Shown: one piece after another, positions 8,264 through 17,119 of the stretch
Position numbering within the stretch: the first letter of the stretch is position 1
How the letters are laid out: each line of letters opens with the position of its first letter
DNA from: Candidatus Caldarchaeum sp.
GTDB taxonomy: Archaea; Thermoproteota; Nitrososphaeria_A; Caldarchaeales; Caldarchaeaceae
Length of the DNA stretch: 34,745 bases
Assembly (NCBI GenBank): GCA_038831915.1
Contig: JAWBKB010000015.1
Location: 1 to 34,745, forward strand
Direction: 5' to 3'
The notes under the pieces: generated by a model
Seen by the model: only the letters and a program-made list of their open reading frames with translations
Told to the model about the DNA's origin: nothing
The model's database searches: none
Program-made: the position numbers and the translations under genes

Positions 8264-9433
8264 TTAGTAAGACCCCGCTAAATCGGACAAAAATTCGTTT
8301 CCAAAGGGATATTTTGCGGCGAGTTCTTTGCTTACGATGAGCTGCCGTTCGATTGTTTTGAGGGCTGTCCGTGCCGCGAGATCAGCCCGCCATGCTTCAC
8401 CCACCCCTACGAACTGATGTCTGTCCGAGTTAAGCCGTGCCCTGCAGTGGATGAGCCGCATGTCACCATGCTTCTCCCGATGTTCCTTAAAGTACAGGTT
8501 TAGCACACCAGTGCCCAAGGCTTTGCGGAATCTTTTAACAAATCTTTCAGCCACTTCCATGACTCGTTTTTTATCCTCGATGTCGACTCTGTCCATTTTG
8601 TAGCTCACTCCTACAACGATGTTCTGAACGGATTCTTCAGCGGAGCGTGCTATGGGTTCCAAAGCATCCATCAGAGTTATGATGCCGGCGACGCGGTTTC
8701 TCTCAGCAACAACGAGGCATGAAAACCCATAAGTCTTCATTCTTTCGACGGCTTCGATGATTGTTTCTTCACCACGAGCGGTTACTACGTTGCGTGTCAT
8801 GATGCTTCGCACAGGGTTGCTAAGCGTCCTCGCTTTTTCACCCGCGACTTCGCCCCACGAAGCTTTCATGCGAGGCTTGATTATTTTTTCAACGATATCT
8901 GTTACAGTTACGATGCCGACCAGCATTCCGTCATCAACTACTGGAAGCCGTGAAACGCCTTGGTCTCTCATAACGGAGACGGCTTTCCCGATTGTGTCTG
9001 ATGCGTTGACTGTGATTACTTCTTTGGTCATGACTTTCTGGACGGGCGTGTTTTTGAGGATGCTTCGTGAATTGAGTATGACTTCGGTGGCAGTGACTAG
9101 GCCAACAGGCTTGCCCGCTTCTGTGACCGGAATTGCTTTAAGGTTTTTCTCACGCATCGCCGACGAGAGCTTAACGAGTGGGTCGTCAGGCTGGATTTTC
9201 GGCGTTCGAACGGCGAGAGTTCGAGCGAGAACACGCGTAGGGTTGACGTTGGGCCAGAGAATAGACCGTTTTGTCACCACACCAATCAATCGACCGGTTC
9301 GTCGATCTTTAACAACCACTACATCGAGTTTTTTGTCCGCGAAAACACCGATGACCTTAGTCAGCGGCTCGTCGTCAAAGACGGTTACAAAGTCGTCGGA
9401 CATAATGTCCCCGGCTGTTTTGTCCATGGACAA
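8264..9433 (-). CDS. Four CBS domains plus C-terminal HPF/RaiA-like domain (probable ribosome hibernation factor)
   Basis: Repeated CBS motifs (IMS/VMT, RLPVVDDG.LVGIVT.TD). The C-terminal ~110 aa has a beta-alpha-beta-beta-beta-alpha pattern ending AARTALKTIERQL. Confidence 0.8.
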   Translation of the reverse strand: MSMDKTAGDIMSDDFVTVFDDEPLTKVIGVFADKKLDVVVVKDRRTGRLIGVVTKRSILWPNVNPTRVLARTLAVRTPKIQPDDPLVKLSSAMREKNLKAIPVTEAGKPVGLVTATEVILNSRSILKNTPVQKVMTKEVITVNASDTIGKAVSVMRDQGVSRLPVVDDGMLVGIVTVTDIVEKIIKPRMKASWGEVAGEKARTLSNPVRSIMTRNVVTARGEETIIEAVERMKTYGFSCLVVAERNRVAGIITLMDALEPIARSAEESVQNIVVGVSYKMDRVDIEDKKRVMEVAERFVKRFRKALGTGVLNLYFKEHREKHGDMRLIHCRARLNSDRHQFVGVGEAWRADLAARTALKTIERQLIVSKELAAKYPFGNEFLSDLAGSY

Positions 9434-9558
9434 ATCATAAACTTAAAAACTCTATTTAAGTTGAAAAACATCGAGTTCATCGATAAAAATCTGCGACAAT
9501 GTAGGGAAAGCTGGTAGTTTTTCAATTTTTAAATTGAAGAACTACTGAAGCGATGTAA

Positions 9559-10188
9559 ATGAAAACTCGGACTATTACTTCCGGTGCCGCGATGGCTGCT
9601 TTGGCTTTGGTTTTGGCTTTTCTTCCGCTTAGTTTTCCTTTTCCACCCATTCCTTTTCTCCGATTCGACCCAGCCGAAATTCCTGTGTTCGCCGCGTTGA
9701 TAGGTTTCGGTCCTTATTCGGCCTGGACCGCTGCGATTGTTTACTATTTTGTTTTGCTCGCGGTCGGCGAGTTCACACCCATAGGCCCCTCGATGAAGTT
9801 TCTCGCCGTAGCGTCCGCGATGATAGGCTTCTGGATGATGTCCAGAATGTTCGCGGGAAAAGGAATTAGGACTCTTCTATTCTCGGGATTGATGGCCGCA
9901 ACTGTTCTAAGAGTTTTCGTGATGACCGCCGCCAACTACGTCGTTTTGGCCATTCTTTTCCCCGAATTTCTCCAGTTCGCCACGAACACGTTGTCGATGT
10001 TTCTCGGCTCCCCGCTTCAACCCAACCAAGAAGGACTATTCTTCGTGTTAGCGTTCACCGCCATCTACAACATTTTGCACATGCCTTTCACAATCATCCC
10101 CGCTTTTCTCATCCTCAAGGCTGTTCATAGGACAAAAGCATTAGGCACGACATGGGCCCCATGGCTCATCCAGACTGCAAAAAAGTAG
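9559..10188 (+). CDS. ECF transporter S component (RibU-like)
   Basis: AMAALALVL...PFPPIPFLRFDPAEIP...GP, about six TM helices, and a C-terminal IYN motif. Confidence 0.8.
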   Translation: MKTRTITSGAAMAALALVLAFLPLSFPFPPIPFLRFDPAEIPVFAALIGFGPYSAWTAAIVYYFVLLAVGEFTPIGPSMKFLAVASAMIGFWMMSRMFAGKGIRTLLFSGLMAATVLRVFVMTAANYVVLAILFPEFLQFATNTLSMFLGSPLQPNQEGLFFVLAFTAIYNILHMPFTIIPAFLILKAVHRTKALGTTWAPWLIQTAKK

Positions 10189-10194
10189 CCACAG

Positions 10195-10212
10195 CGAAAA
10201 ATAGTTTTTAAT
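10195..10212 (+). promoter_or_regulatory. BRE/TATA promoter of tRNA-Thr
   Basis: Purine-rich cgaaaaatag followed by TTTTTAAT, ending about 27 nt before the tRNA. Confidence 0.55.
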
Positions 10213-10238
10213 TTCGCATTACATCGCCAGAACTGGAG

Positions 10239-10313
10239 GCCCTGGTAGCTCAGCCCGGTTAGAGCGGTCGCCTCGTAAGCGACAGGTCGAGGGTTCAAAG
10301 CCCTCCCAGGGCT
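10239..10313 (+). tRNA. tRNA-Thr(CGT)
   Basis: GCCCTGG TA GCTC AGCCCGGTTA GAGC G GTCGC CTCGTAA GCGAC AGGTC GAGGG TTCAAAG CCCTC CCAGGGC T. U73 discriminator, followed by a T-tract. Confidence 0.96.
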
Positions 10314-10361
10314 TTTTGGCAATAGGTTTAAACCATGGATGTGTCGGTTTGTGTTTGAGGT

Positions 10362-10649
10362 TTGAGCGAAGAAGCCGTTCGTGTTCATGTGATTCCTCTT
10401 CGAGATGCGTGGAAGGCGTCGAGGCTGAGGAGAACAGATGCCGCAGTTAGGATTGTCAAGGAATATGCTCAACGGCATGCCAAAGCATCGGTTGTCAAGC
10501 TTTCTCCGAAGGTGAGTGAAAAGCTTTGGGAAAATGGAAGGCAGAACCCTCCTCGAAGAATAAAGGTTGTTTTGGAAAAAGAAGATGAAGATACTGTTGT
10601 TGTGAGGCTGGAAGGTGAAAATCTGGAGGACGAAGAGAAGAAGGAGTAG
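10362..10649 (+). CDS. rpl31e: 50S ribosomal protein L31e
   Basis: VIPLR....R.RR...AV, LWENGRQNPPRRIKV; located directly before eif6. Confidence 0.93.
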   Translation: MSEEAVRVHVIPLRDAWKASRLRRTDAAVRIVKEYAQRHAKASVVKLSPKVSEKLWENGRQNPPRRIKVVLEKEDEDTVVVRLEGENLEDEEKKE

Positions 10650-10660
10650 CTGAGGCCGTT

Positions 10661-11329
10661 TTGGAGATACGGCTGGAAACGGTTCTTGGCTCCGCTGAAA
10701 TTGGTCTTTTTGCACTGCCAACTGACCGGTATGTAATTCTTTCAAAGGAGGTCAACCCTTCCAAGATGAAGGTTTTCGAAGAAGTGCTGGACGCAGAAAT
10801 CATTCAAACATCACTCGCCGACAGCATACTGATATCACCATTCGCGGCGGGCAACTCAAACGGCATAGTCCTATCCAAACTCGTGCTCGAAGAAGAAATT
10901 AACAAAATCAAAAACAAGGTTCCAGACCTCAACGTTCAAAAAATTGATTCAAAGTACACGGCTGTCGGCAACCTTGTTCTATGCAATGACAAAGGCGGGA
11001 TAGTCAGCTCTCTTTTGGGCAGTTCAGTTGCAAAAACTATTTCCGATGTATTGGGTGTCGAAGTTGTTTCGTCCACTATTGCGAAGAGGTCCTATGTTGG
11101 GTCGCTCGTAGCGGCGACCAACGTTGGAGCTTTGGTTCACGTTGATGCTGACGAGGATGAAATCGAACTGGTGAAGAACGTGTTGAAGGTGGAGGCGACG
11201 CCCGGCACGGTGAACGGCGGTGTTTTGTTTCCGCGTAGCAGCGTCGCAGCCAACTCCAAGGGAGTTTTAGTCGGGGCTTTAACCACAGGTCCTGAACTAT
11301 TGACAATTTCCCGTGTTTTCCAGAGATGA
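10661..11329 (+). CDS. eif6: Translation initiation factor 6 (aIF6)
   Basis: AAGNSNG, AVGNLVLCNDKG, GTVNGG and ANSKGVLVGALTTGPEL pentameric repeats. Confidence 0.95.
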   Translation: MEIRLETVLGSAEIGLFALPTDRYVILSKEVNPSKMKVFEEVLDAEIIQTSLADSILISPFAAGNSNGIVLSKLVLEEEINKIKNKVPDLNVQKIDSKYTAVGNLVLCNDKGGIVSSLLGSSVAKTISDVLGVEVVSSTIAKRSYVGSLVAATNVGALVHVDADEDEIELVKNVLKVEATPGTVNGGVLFPRSSVAANSKGVLVGALTTGPELLTISRVFQR

Positions 11330-11363
11330 CGTTATAAGTGGGTCTGGACCGCTGTATTCAGCG

Positions 11364-11786
11364 ATGTCAGAAGCAGAGGTCGCGCGGGCACTTGAAGAGC
11401 TGCAGACGATTGAACGCATAGTGGCTGACCTGCAGGCGAGAATTCTTTCTGTCCAGCGTTCGATGGCGGAACATGAAGAAGCCGTCAAACTCATCGAGGA
11501 AATACGTAAATCAGGTGGAAAGATGAAAATTCTCGTTCCCTTGGGTGCTGGTGCGTTTGCAGAAGCAACCCTCGAATCAGTTGAAAAAGTGACTGTTAGC
11601 TTGGGTGCTGGAGTCTATGCTGTAAAGGCACTCGAAGACACGCAGCAGCTCCTTACAAAACGGAGTCAGGGCTTGCAAGCTTATAGCGAGATTCTCGCAA
11701 AGCGGGTCTCGGAATACGTTGCACGGGCTGAAGAACTTCGGAGGTTTCTGGGACAGGTGCTCGCGGCCCAGCCGCGTCAAGGGTAG
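11364..11786 (+). CDS. pfdA: Prefoldin subunit alpha
   Basis: Coiled coils flanking ILVPLGAG...VTVSLGAGVY; conserved position between eif6 and ftsY. ATG at 11364. Confidence 0.92.
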   Translation: MSEAEVARALEELQTIERIVADLQARILSVQRSMAEHEEAVKLIEEIRKSGGKMKILVPLGAGAFAEATLESVEKVTVSLGAGVYAVKALEDTQQLLTKRSQGLQAYSEILAKRVSEYVARAEELRRFLGQVLAAQPRQG

Positions 11787-11791
11787 CATCG

Positions 11792-12700
11792 ATGTTCAAA
11801 GGCCTTACGAAAGTTTTCTCTTCCTTTCTCGAGAAAGTCAAGACCGCCAAGCCCTCCGCCAAAGATGTTGAAGAAATCCTTTCAGATCTGTATTTGCAGC
11901 TGATATCAGCTGATGTCGCGGTTGAGACGGCGGAAGCCATCATTAATGATTTAAGGAAGAAGTTGTTGGAGATGAAGGTTCCAAGGTTCGGCGACCAAGA
12001 GGAGATTCTCCGTCAAGAAGTAAGAAGAACCATTGAATCTCTGATCAAAGTCGCAGACGTAAATGAGATTTTGAGGAAAGGTGAGGAGTCGAAGAAAAGC
12101 GGAAGACCCGTTATAGTTCTTTTCTTAGGACCCAACGGCTCCGGGAAGACGACGACAGTGGTGAAATTCGCCCATTATCTCCGTAAACGCGGTTACTCGG
12201 TTATTCTCGCTTCTTCCGACACTTTCAGAGCTGGAGCAATCGAACAGCTTGAAACACTTGGACAGAAAGCAGGTTTTCTCGTGGTCAGCCAACACTACGG
12301 AGCGGACCCAGCCGCGGTCGCAGTCGACGCCGTCAACAAAGCCATCGCCATGAGGGTGAATTTCGTACTCATCGATACAGCGGGCCGAACGGAAGTGGAC
12401 AGAGGGCTTCTCGAGGAAATGCGTAAAATCAAACGGGTCGTCAAACCTGACTACGTAATTTACACCGGTGACGCCTTGGCTGGAAACGTCGCAGTCATGC
12501 AGGCGAAGATGTTCGACGAAGTCGTAGGTATCGATTACGTTGTGCTTTCGAAAGTTGACGCAGATGCGAAAGGAGGCTCAGCTGTTTCAATATCTCATGC
12601 AACCGGTAAGCCGTTGTTGTTTCTCGGAATAGGTCAGTCGCTCGACGACCTCGAAGACAAACCGGCTAAACGATTGCTGGAAAACATCGGGCTCGGCTAA
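11792..12700 (+). CDS. ftsY: SRP receptor FtsY (NG domain only)
   Basis: GPNGSGKTTT, DTFRAGAIEQL, DTAGR, SKVDADAKGG and GIGQSLDDL. Confidence 0.96.
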   Translation: MFKGLTKVFSSFLEKVKTAKPSAKDVEEILSDLYLQLISADVAVETAEAIINDLRKKLLEMKVPRFGDQEEILRQEVRRTIESLIKVADVNEILRKGEESKKSGRPVIVLFLGPNGSGKTTTVVKFAHYLRKRGYSVILASSDTFRAGAIEQLETLGQKAGFLVVSQHYGADPAAVAVDAVNKAIAMRVNFVLIDTAGRTEVDRGLLEEMRKIKRVVKPDYVIYTGDALAGNVAVMQAKMFDEVVGIDYVVLSKVDADAKGGSAVSISHATGKPLLFLGIGQSLDDLEDKPAKRLLENIGLG

Positions 12701-12732
12701 AATTTATTTGAACCAACGGAAAACATGTATCG

Positions 12733-13353
12733 ATGGAGTCAATTAGGAAACTTCTTTTCACGAGACAGGTGAAAGGCCCTTCACCTGCATTCACCGGAAT
12801 TCAGCTTCTTTACTTGATTTTTCTGGTTGGGTCGGAGCCTTTCATCGGCAGGAAAAGGCTCACCCAGCTTCTTGGGCTGGGAGAGGGCTCTGTGAGGACG
12901 ATGCTTTCCCGTCTTTCACGTCTTGGCTACGCAAAATCAACACGAAGCGGAATTGTTTTGACGGATAACGGGAAACAACTTCACGAGAAACTCACGTTAA
13001 TAGTGAAGTCCCTGAAAAAAGTTGATTTTGAAATGCCGTGGGAGGCGGCGGTTAACTATGGTGTGTTGTTGAAAGGTGTAGCTGATAATGTTTCGACGGG
13101 TGTTGAGGAAAGGGATGAAGCGGTGCGACATGGTGCTCTGGCGGCGATGATTTTGGCGAAGCTTTCGGACGGGCTTTACATGCCGAAGATAACCAATCTA
13201 TCAGTGGAAAGGCCAGAATTCGCCAACACGGTCGAAGCGTTTTTCCAACCGGAGGTCGGCGACGTAATAATCATCACAGGAGCCGGAACAGAACACGAGG
13301 CAAAATATTCTGCCTTGGCCGCGGCTTTCAAACTCGTGTTCGGAAAAACTTAA
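12733..13353 (+). CDS. Winged-HTH protein, DUF4443-like (putative regulator)
   Basis: IGRKRL...LGLGEGSVRT...G..LT..G HTH, GVEERDEAVRHGA..A, and GDVIII. Confidence 0.7.
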   Translation: MESIRKLLFTRQVKGPSPAFTGIQLLYLIFLVGSEPFIGRKRLTQLLGLGEGSVRTMLSRLSRLGYAKSTRSGIVLTDNGKQLHEKLTLIVKSLKKVDFEMPWEAAVNYGVLLKGVADNVSTGVEERDEAVRHGALAAMILAKLSDGLYMPKITNLSVERPEFANTVEAFFQPEVGDVIIITGAGTEHEAKYSALAAAFKLVFGKT

Positions 13354-13378
13354 AACAGATACAGGTTCCTGTCCTTCC

Positions 13379-14650
13379 GTGACCAAAACATCGAGAATCA
13401 CAGGGTTCTACACTTTAAAACCAGAGGAAAGACTTCAGTATGTAGCTGATTTCGCCGGCTTAACACAGGAGGAGAAGAATATCATCTGGACGGGTGGTCT
13501 CGACATCGGCACCGCGTCGAGAATGATCGAAAACGTGGTGGGCATTTTCCCTCTGCCGCTCGGCATCGCCACAAACTTTCTCATCAACGGTAAGGATTAT
13601 CTCGTTCCGATGGCTGTTGAAGAGCCGTCGGTCGTTGCTGCCGCTTCTAACGCGGCGAAAATGGCGAGAGACGGCGGCGGAATATTCGCTTTTCAGGCTT
13701 CACAGCTCATGATTGGACAAGTTCAGCTCGTCGAAGTTGCAAACCCCTTCGCTGCAAAAGTGGAAATTCTCCGCAACAAAGAAGAAGTGTTGACGCGGGC
13801 CAACGAAAAAGACCCAGTGCTGGTAAACCTCGGAGGTGGTGCCAAAGATTTGGAGGCCCGTGTGCTCGAAACACCTCTCGGCCCCATGGTTGTCGTGCAC
13901 TTATTAGTAGATGTTAAAGACGCTATGGGTGCGAACGCTGTCAACACGATGTGCGAAGCCGTCGCACCATATCTCGCACGCATAACCAACAGCAAATTCA
14001 GACTTCGCATAATCTCGAACCTCGCTGATAGAAGAATCGCGAGAGCGTATGCACATGTTCCCGCAGAATCCGTCGGCGGAGTAGAAGTCGCCCGCGGAAT
14101 AGTCGAAGCCTATCATTTCGCCAAAGCAGACCCTTACAGGGCCGCTACACACAACAAAGGAATCATGAATGGAATCGACGCGGTCGCAATCGCAACGGGT
14201 AATGATTGGCGAGCGATTGAGGCGGGTGCTCATGCATACGCGGCGCGGAATGGACGGTACGAGCCTTTAACCGTTTGGGAGCAGCAGCCCAGCGGCAACC
14301 TCTACGGAGTTATCGAGCTTCCACTCGCGGTCGGGATAGTGGGTGGAGCCGTCAAAACAAACCCCGTCGCGAGAACGTGTTTGAAAATCCTCGGAGTGAA
14401 AACAGCTAGGGAACTTGCAGAAGTGATGGCAGCGGTTGGCTTGATTCAAAATCTTGCAGCTTTACGTGCTTTGGCTGCTGAAGGAATTCAGGCAGGGCAC
14501 ATGTCTCTACATGCGAAAAACATCGCTGTCATGGCTGGAGCGGTAGGAGAAGAAATCGACATCGTCGCCGAAGAAATGGTTCGGCAAAAAACAATCCGAG
14601 TCGACAAAGCGGAGCAGATTCTCGCAGAAATTAGGGCCCGCCGCCGCTGA
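13379..14650 (+). CDS. mvaA: Class II HMG-CoA reductase
   Basis: ENVVG, PMAVEEPSVVAAAS, DAMGAN, ATHNKGIMNG and GIQAGHMSLH. Confidence 0.95.
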   Translation: MTKTSRITGFYTLKPEERLQYVADFAGLTQEEKNIIWTGGLDIGTASRMIENVVGIFPLPLGIATNFLINGKDYLVPMAVEEPSVVAAASNAAKMARDGGGIFAFQASQLMIGQVQLVEVANPFAAKVEILRNKEEVLTRANEKDPVLVNLGGGAKDLEARVLETPLGPMVVVHLLVDVKDAMGANAVNTMCEAVAPYLARITNSKFRLRIISNLADRRIARAYAHVPAESVGGVEVARGIVEAYHFAKADPYRAATHNKGIMNGIDAVAIATGNDWRAIEAGAHAYAARNGRYEPLTVWEQQPSGNLYGVIELPLAVGIVGGAVKTNPVARTCLKILGVKTARELAEVMAAVGLIQNLAALRALAAEGIQAGHMSLHAKNIAVMAGAVGEEIDIVAEEMVRQKTIRVDKAEQILAEIRARRR

Positions 14651-14972
14651 GAGCTTCCCGCCATTTGGCCGGGTCAAACCTTTTCTCCATTTTTTCCAAC
14701 TCTTTCGCCAAGGCTATTTCAAGGTCTACTCCAAACCTGTTAGCCAGCTGAACGAACAGAGTAAGGGACTGAGCGAATTCGCTTTCGATGTCTTCGTCGT
14801 GTAGAGAATGGCCTAAATCATTCCGTTTGTAACCTTCTCTCGAGAGGATGAACCGGCCTATTTCGGTCAGCTTCTCGATTAAATGGGCGTAGATGAGTGA
14901 TTCGCGGAAAACATCCCATCGACGGGCTTTTTCGAATTCGTCCACTTTCTGCTGAAGTTCCGATAGTTTCAA
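14631..14972 (-). CDS. MazG-like all-alpha NTP pyrophosphohydrolase
   Basis: LSELQQKV..F...R.W, HLIEKLTEI, IESEFAQ and LANRFGVDLE.A...KL. Confidence 0.7.
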   Translation of the reverse strand: MKLSELQQKVDEFEKARRWDVFRESLIYAHLIEKLTEIGRFILSREGYKRNDLGHSLHDEDIESEFAQSLTLFVQLANRFGVDLEIALAKELEKMEKRFDPAKWREALSGGGP

Positions 14973-14984
14973 GGTTCCTCACCT

Positions 14985-15338
14985 TCAGAGAAACAACTGA
15001 ACGTGAGGAATTCCGTCAACATAAACTATCGAGTCCCTACGAGCATAGCCGTGTCTCACCGCAGCCTCAACAGCTTTCTCACCCACAAGGTTGATGATGG
15101 TTCCGAGTTTGAAATATTCGACGAGGTCCTCGTCGACGACGAGCACTCCTTTGTAGAAAGATTCCGCCACCTCGACCGAGAAATCCTGCGAAATTTTGAG
15201 CTTCCTACCCAGCAGAGATTCATCGCATACAGCGACCACTATTTCACCTGTCTTCGACCGATGAGTCTTCACCCAGCATCTATAGCAGGAAGACGTGTCA
15301 AATTCTTCGGACAGGGTTTTTCGCCCCACAGGCATCAC
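14985..15338 (-). CDS. DUF424 family protein (true start may be GTG 15272)
   Basis: VVAVCDESLLG, FYKG, IINLVGEKAV and GIPHVQ; usual neighbour of aIF2-beta. Confidence 0.85.
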   Translation of the reverse strand: MMPVGRKTLSEEFDTSSCYRCWVKTHRSKTGEIVVAVCDESLLGRKLKISQDFSVEVAESFYKGVLVVDEDLVEYFKLGTIINLVGEKAVEAAVRHGYARRDSIVYVDGIPHVQLFL

Positions 15339-15729
15339 ACACGAGAAAGCGGAACCTTTTTTCGCTGACTATGCGTGTGTCGATTCCGTTGCATATTGGG
15401 CATTTGACGAATTCTTTGATGTAGAGGTCGATGAGCTTCTTCGCCTCTTCATGAGTCATCTTGCCTTGAATCATCAATTTGTCGTCCGAAACCGAGCCAG
15501 CCCGGCCTGTTTCCTTGAGCAGAAATCTCGCTAAATGCGCCGGTTCTCTGTTAAGGGTTTTCGCTATCTGGCCCAGATTCGTAAAAATAGTGTTCTTGGT
15601 GTCAAGAACTATGTGAGGCCTCAGCTCGAGAACTCGGTCGCCAATCGAGGTAGTTTGTTTGCTGACCCTTGATAGAGCGTTATCTAGAAGCATGACGTAG
15701 AAGTCTTTGCTCGCCAGCTCGAAGCTCAC
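15298..15729 (-). CDS. eif2b: Translation initiation factor 2 beta subunit
   Basis: TIFTN...LNREPAHL..FLLKE and CPICNGIDT...CDACGA zinc ribbon. Confidence 0.95.
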   Translation of the reverse strand: MSFELASKDFYVMLLDNALSRVSKQTTSIGDRVLELRPHIVLDTKNTIFTNLGQIAKTLNREPAHLARFLLKETGRAGSVSDDKLMIQGKMTHEEAKKLIDLYIKEFVKCPICNGIDTRIVSEKRFRFLVCDACGAKNPVRRI

Positions 15730-15808
15730 TCCAAAACACCGCTGTAACCGTGGTTAAAAAGGATTGAAACCATGTATAAAAAATAGCGGCTATAGCTAAT
15801 TCACGATT

Positions 15809-17119
15809 TTGACGCGGATGTCATGGGTAAGCGATAGAGGGAACGTCGAATCAGGTGAGAAACGCATCAAAATGGCTGAAACGATGATGCAGGTTCTTTC
15901 CATTCTTAAGCAACAATACCGCATAGAGCGGCCCCTCGAGGGCCTTAGAATTTCTGCTTGTCTTCATGTTACCAAGGAGACCGCCGTCCTATGTCATGTT
16001 CTCCGCGAAGGAGGTGCGGAAGTGGCTCTATGTGCGTCAAACCCTCTCAGCACTCAAGACGACGTAGCCGCCGCACTTGCCGAGGCGGGCTTTCACGTTT
16101 ATGCTTTTCGAGGCATGTCCCCTCAACAATACTACACGGCCATCGGATACGCGTTGTCACATGGACCGCATCTCACGGTCGACGACGGAGCAGACCTTGT
16201 TTCATCTATCCATAAGCTGCACCACCGGGTAGAGGACAGCTCGCTCACATATGTCAGAGAAGGACTTGGCGGCGAAGTCGATGTCAGTAAGATTTTCGGT
16301 GGAACAGAGGAAACCACGACCGGAGTAGTCCGCATCCGCGCTCTCGAGCGTGATGGTCTGCTTCTCTACCCTGTTGTAGCTGTTAACGACGCTTTGTCGA
16401 AAAGTCTTTTTGACAACCCTCTGGGCACTGGGCAGTCGGCTATAGACGGCGTGATTAGGGCGACGAATGTTTTGATTGCGGGGAAAACGGTCGTGGTCGC
16501 TGGATATGGAAGAGTAGGTAGTGGAATTGCTGAAAGAGCGAAAGGATTGGGCGCGAGAGTGATAGTAGTCGAACCCGACCCTATAAAGGCGCTACAAGCC
16601 TATATGAACGGTTTCATCGTTACTTCGATGGATAAAGCAGCTGAGCTCGGCGATATATTCATCACCGCGACCGGCAACATCGACGTAATCAGGCTTGAAC
16701 ATTTCATGAAGATGAAGGACGGCGCGATTTTGGCGAACGCGGGCCACATGGACGTGGAAATCAACAAACAAGATTTGGCGAGTCTCACGGCGTCAGTCGA
16801 ATACGTGAGGGAAAATGTGGCCATGCATCGATTGAAAGATGGTCGTAAAATTTTCAGCCTCGCGGAAGGCAGGCTGGTCAACCTCGTATGCGGCGAAGGG
16901 CATCCATCCGAAGTCATGGATTTATCCTTCGCACTTCAGGCAGAATCTCTACGTTACATCGTGAAAAACCATGAAAAACTGGAGAAGAAAGTATTCCCCG
17001 TCCCGCGTGAAATAGATGAAAAAGTCGCAGCACTGAAGCTTACTTCGTTTGGTGTCGAGCTTGAAAAACTTACTGAGAAACAGCGTGAATACATGCGAAG
17101 CTGGGCTGCTGGCACTTGA
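15809..17119 (+). CDS. ahcY: S-adenosylhomocysteine hydrolase
   Basis: CLHVTKET, SNPLSTQDD, DDGAD, TEETTTG, KSLFDN..GTGQS, GYGRVG and GHPSEVMDLSF. Confidence 0.96.
   Translation: MTRMSWVSDRGNVESGEKRIKMAETMMQVLSILKQQYRIERPLEGLRISACLHVTKETAVLCHVLREGGAEVALCASNPLSTQDDVAAALAEAGFHVYAFRGMSPQQYYTAIGYALSHGPHLTVDDGADLVSSIHKLHHRVEDSSLTYVREGLGGEVDVSKIFGGTEETTTGVVRIRALERDGLLLYPVVAVNDALSKSLFDNPLGTGQSAIDGVIRATNVLIAGKTVVVAGYGRVGSGIAERAKGLGARVIVVEPDPIKALQAYMNGFIVTSMDKAAELGDIFITATGNIDVIRLEHFMKMKDGAILANAGHMDVEINKQDLASLTASVEYVRENVAMHRLKDGRKIFSLAEGRLVNLVCGEGHPSEVMDLSFALQAESLRYIVKNHEKLEKKVFPVPREIDEKVAALKLTSFGVELEKLTEKQREYMRSWAAGT

Noticed and set aside
8757-9440. 227-aa plus-strand ORF
   Set aside because: Antisense shadow of the CBS gene with Thr/Ser/Met-biased composition.
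9463-9558. FMN riboswitch or riboflavin-regulator site upstream of the RibU-like gene
   Set aside because: Too short and AT-rich for an FMN aptamer; only a weak TAC-N9-GTA symmetry, not enough to call.
10294-10300. G at position 60 in the tRNA-Thr T-loop (TTCAAAG)
   Set aside because: The rest of the tRNA is canonical, and as far as I recall this variant occurs in other archaeal tRNA-Thr genes.
10125-10745. 206-aa minus-strand ORF
   Set aside because: Antisense to tRNA-Thr and rpl31e, with no recognisable motif.
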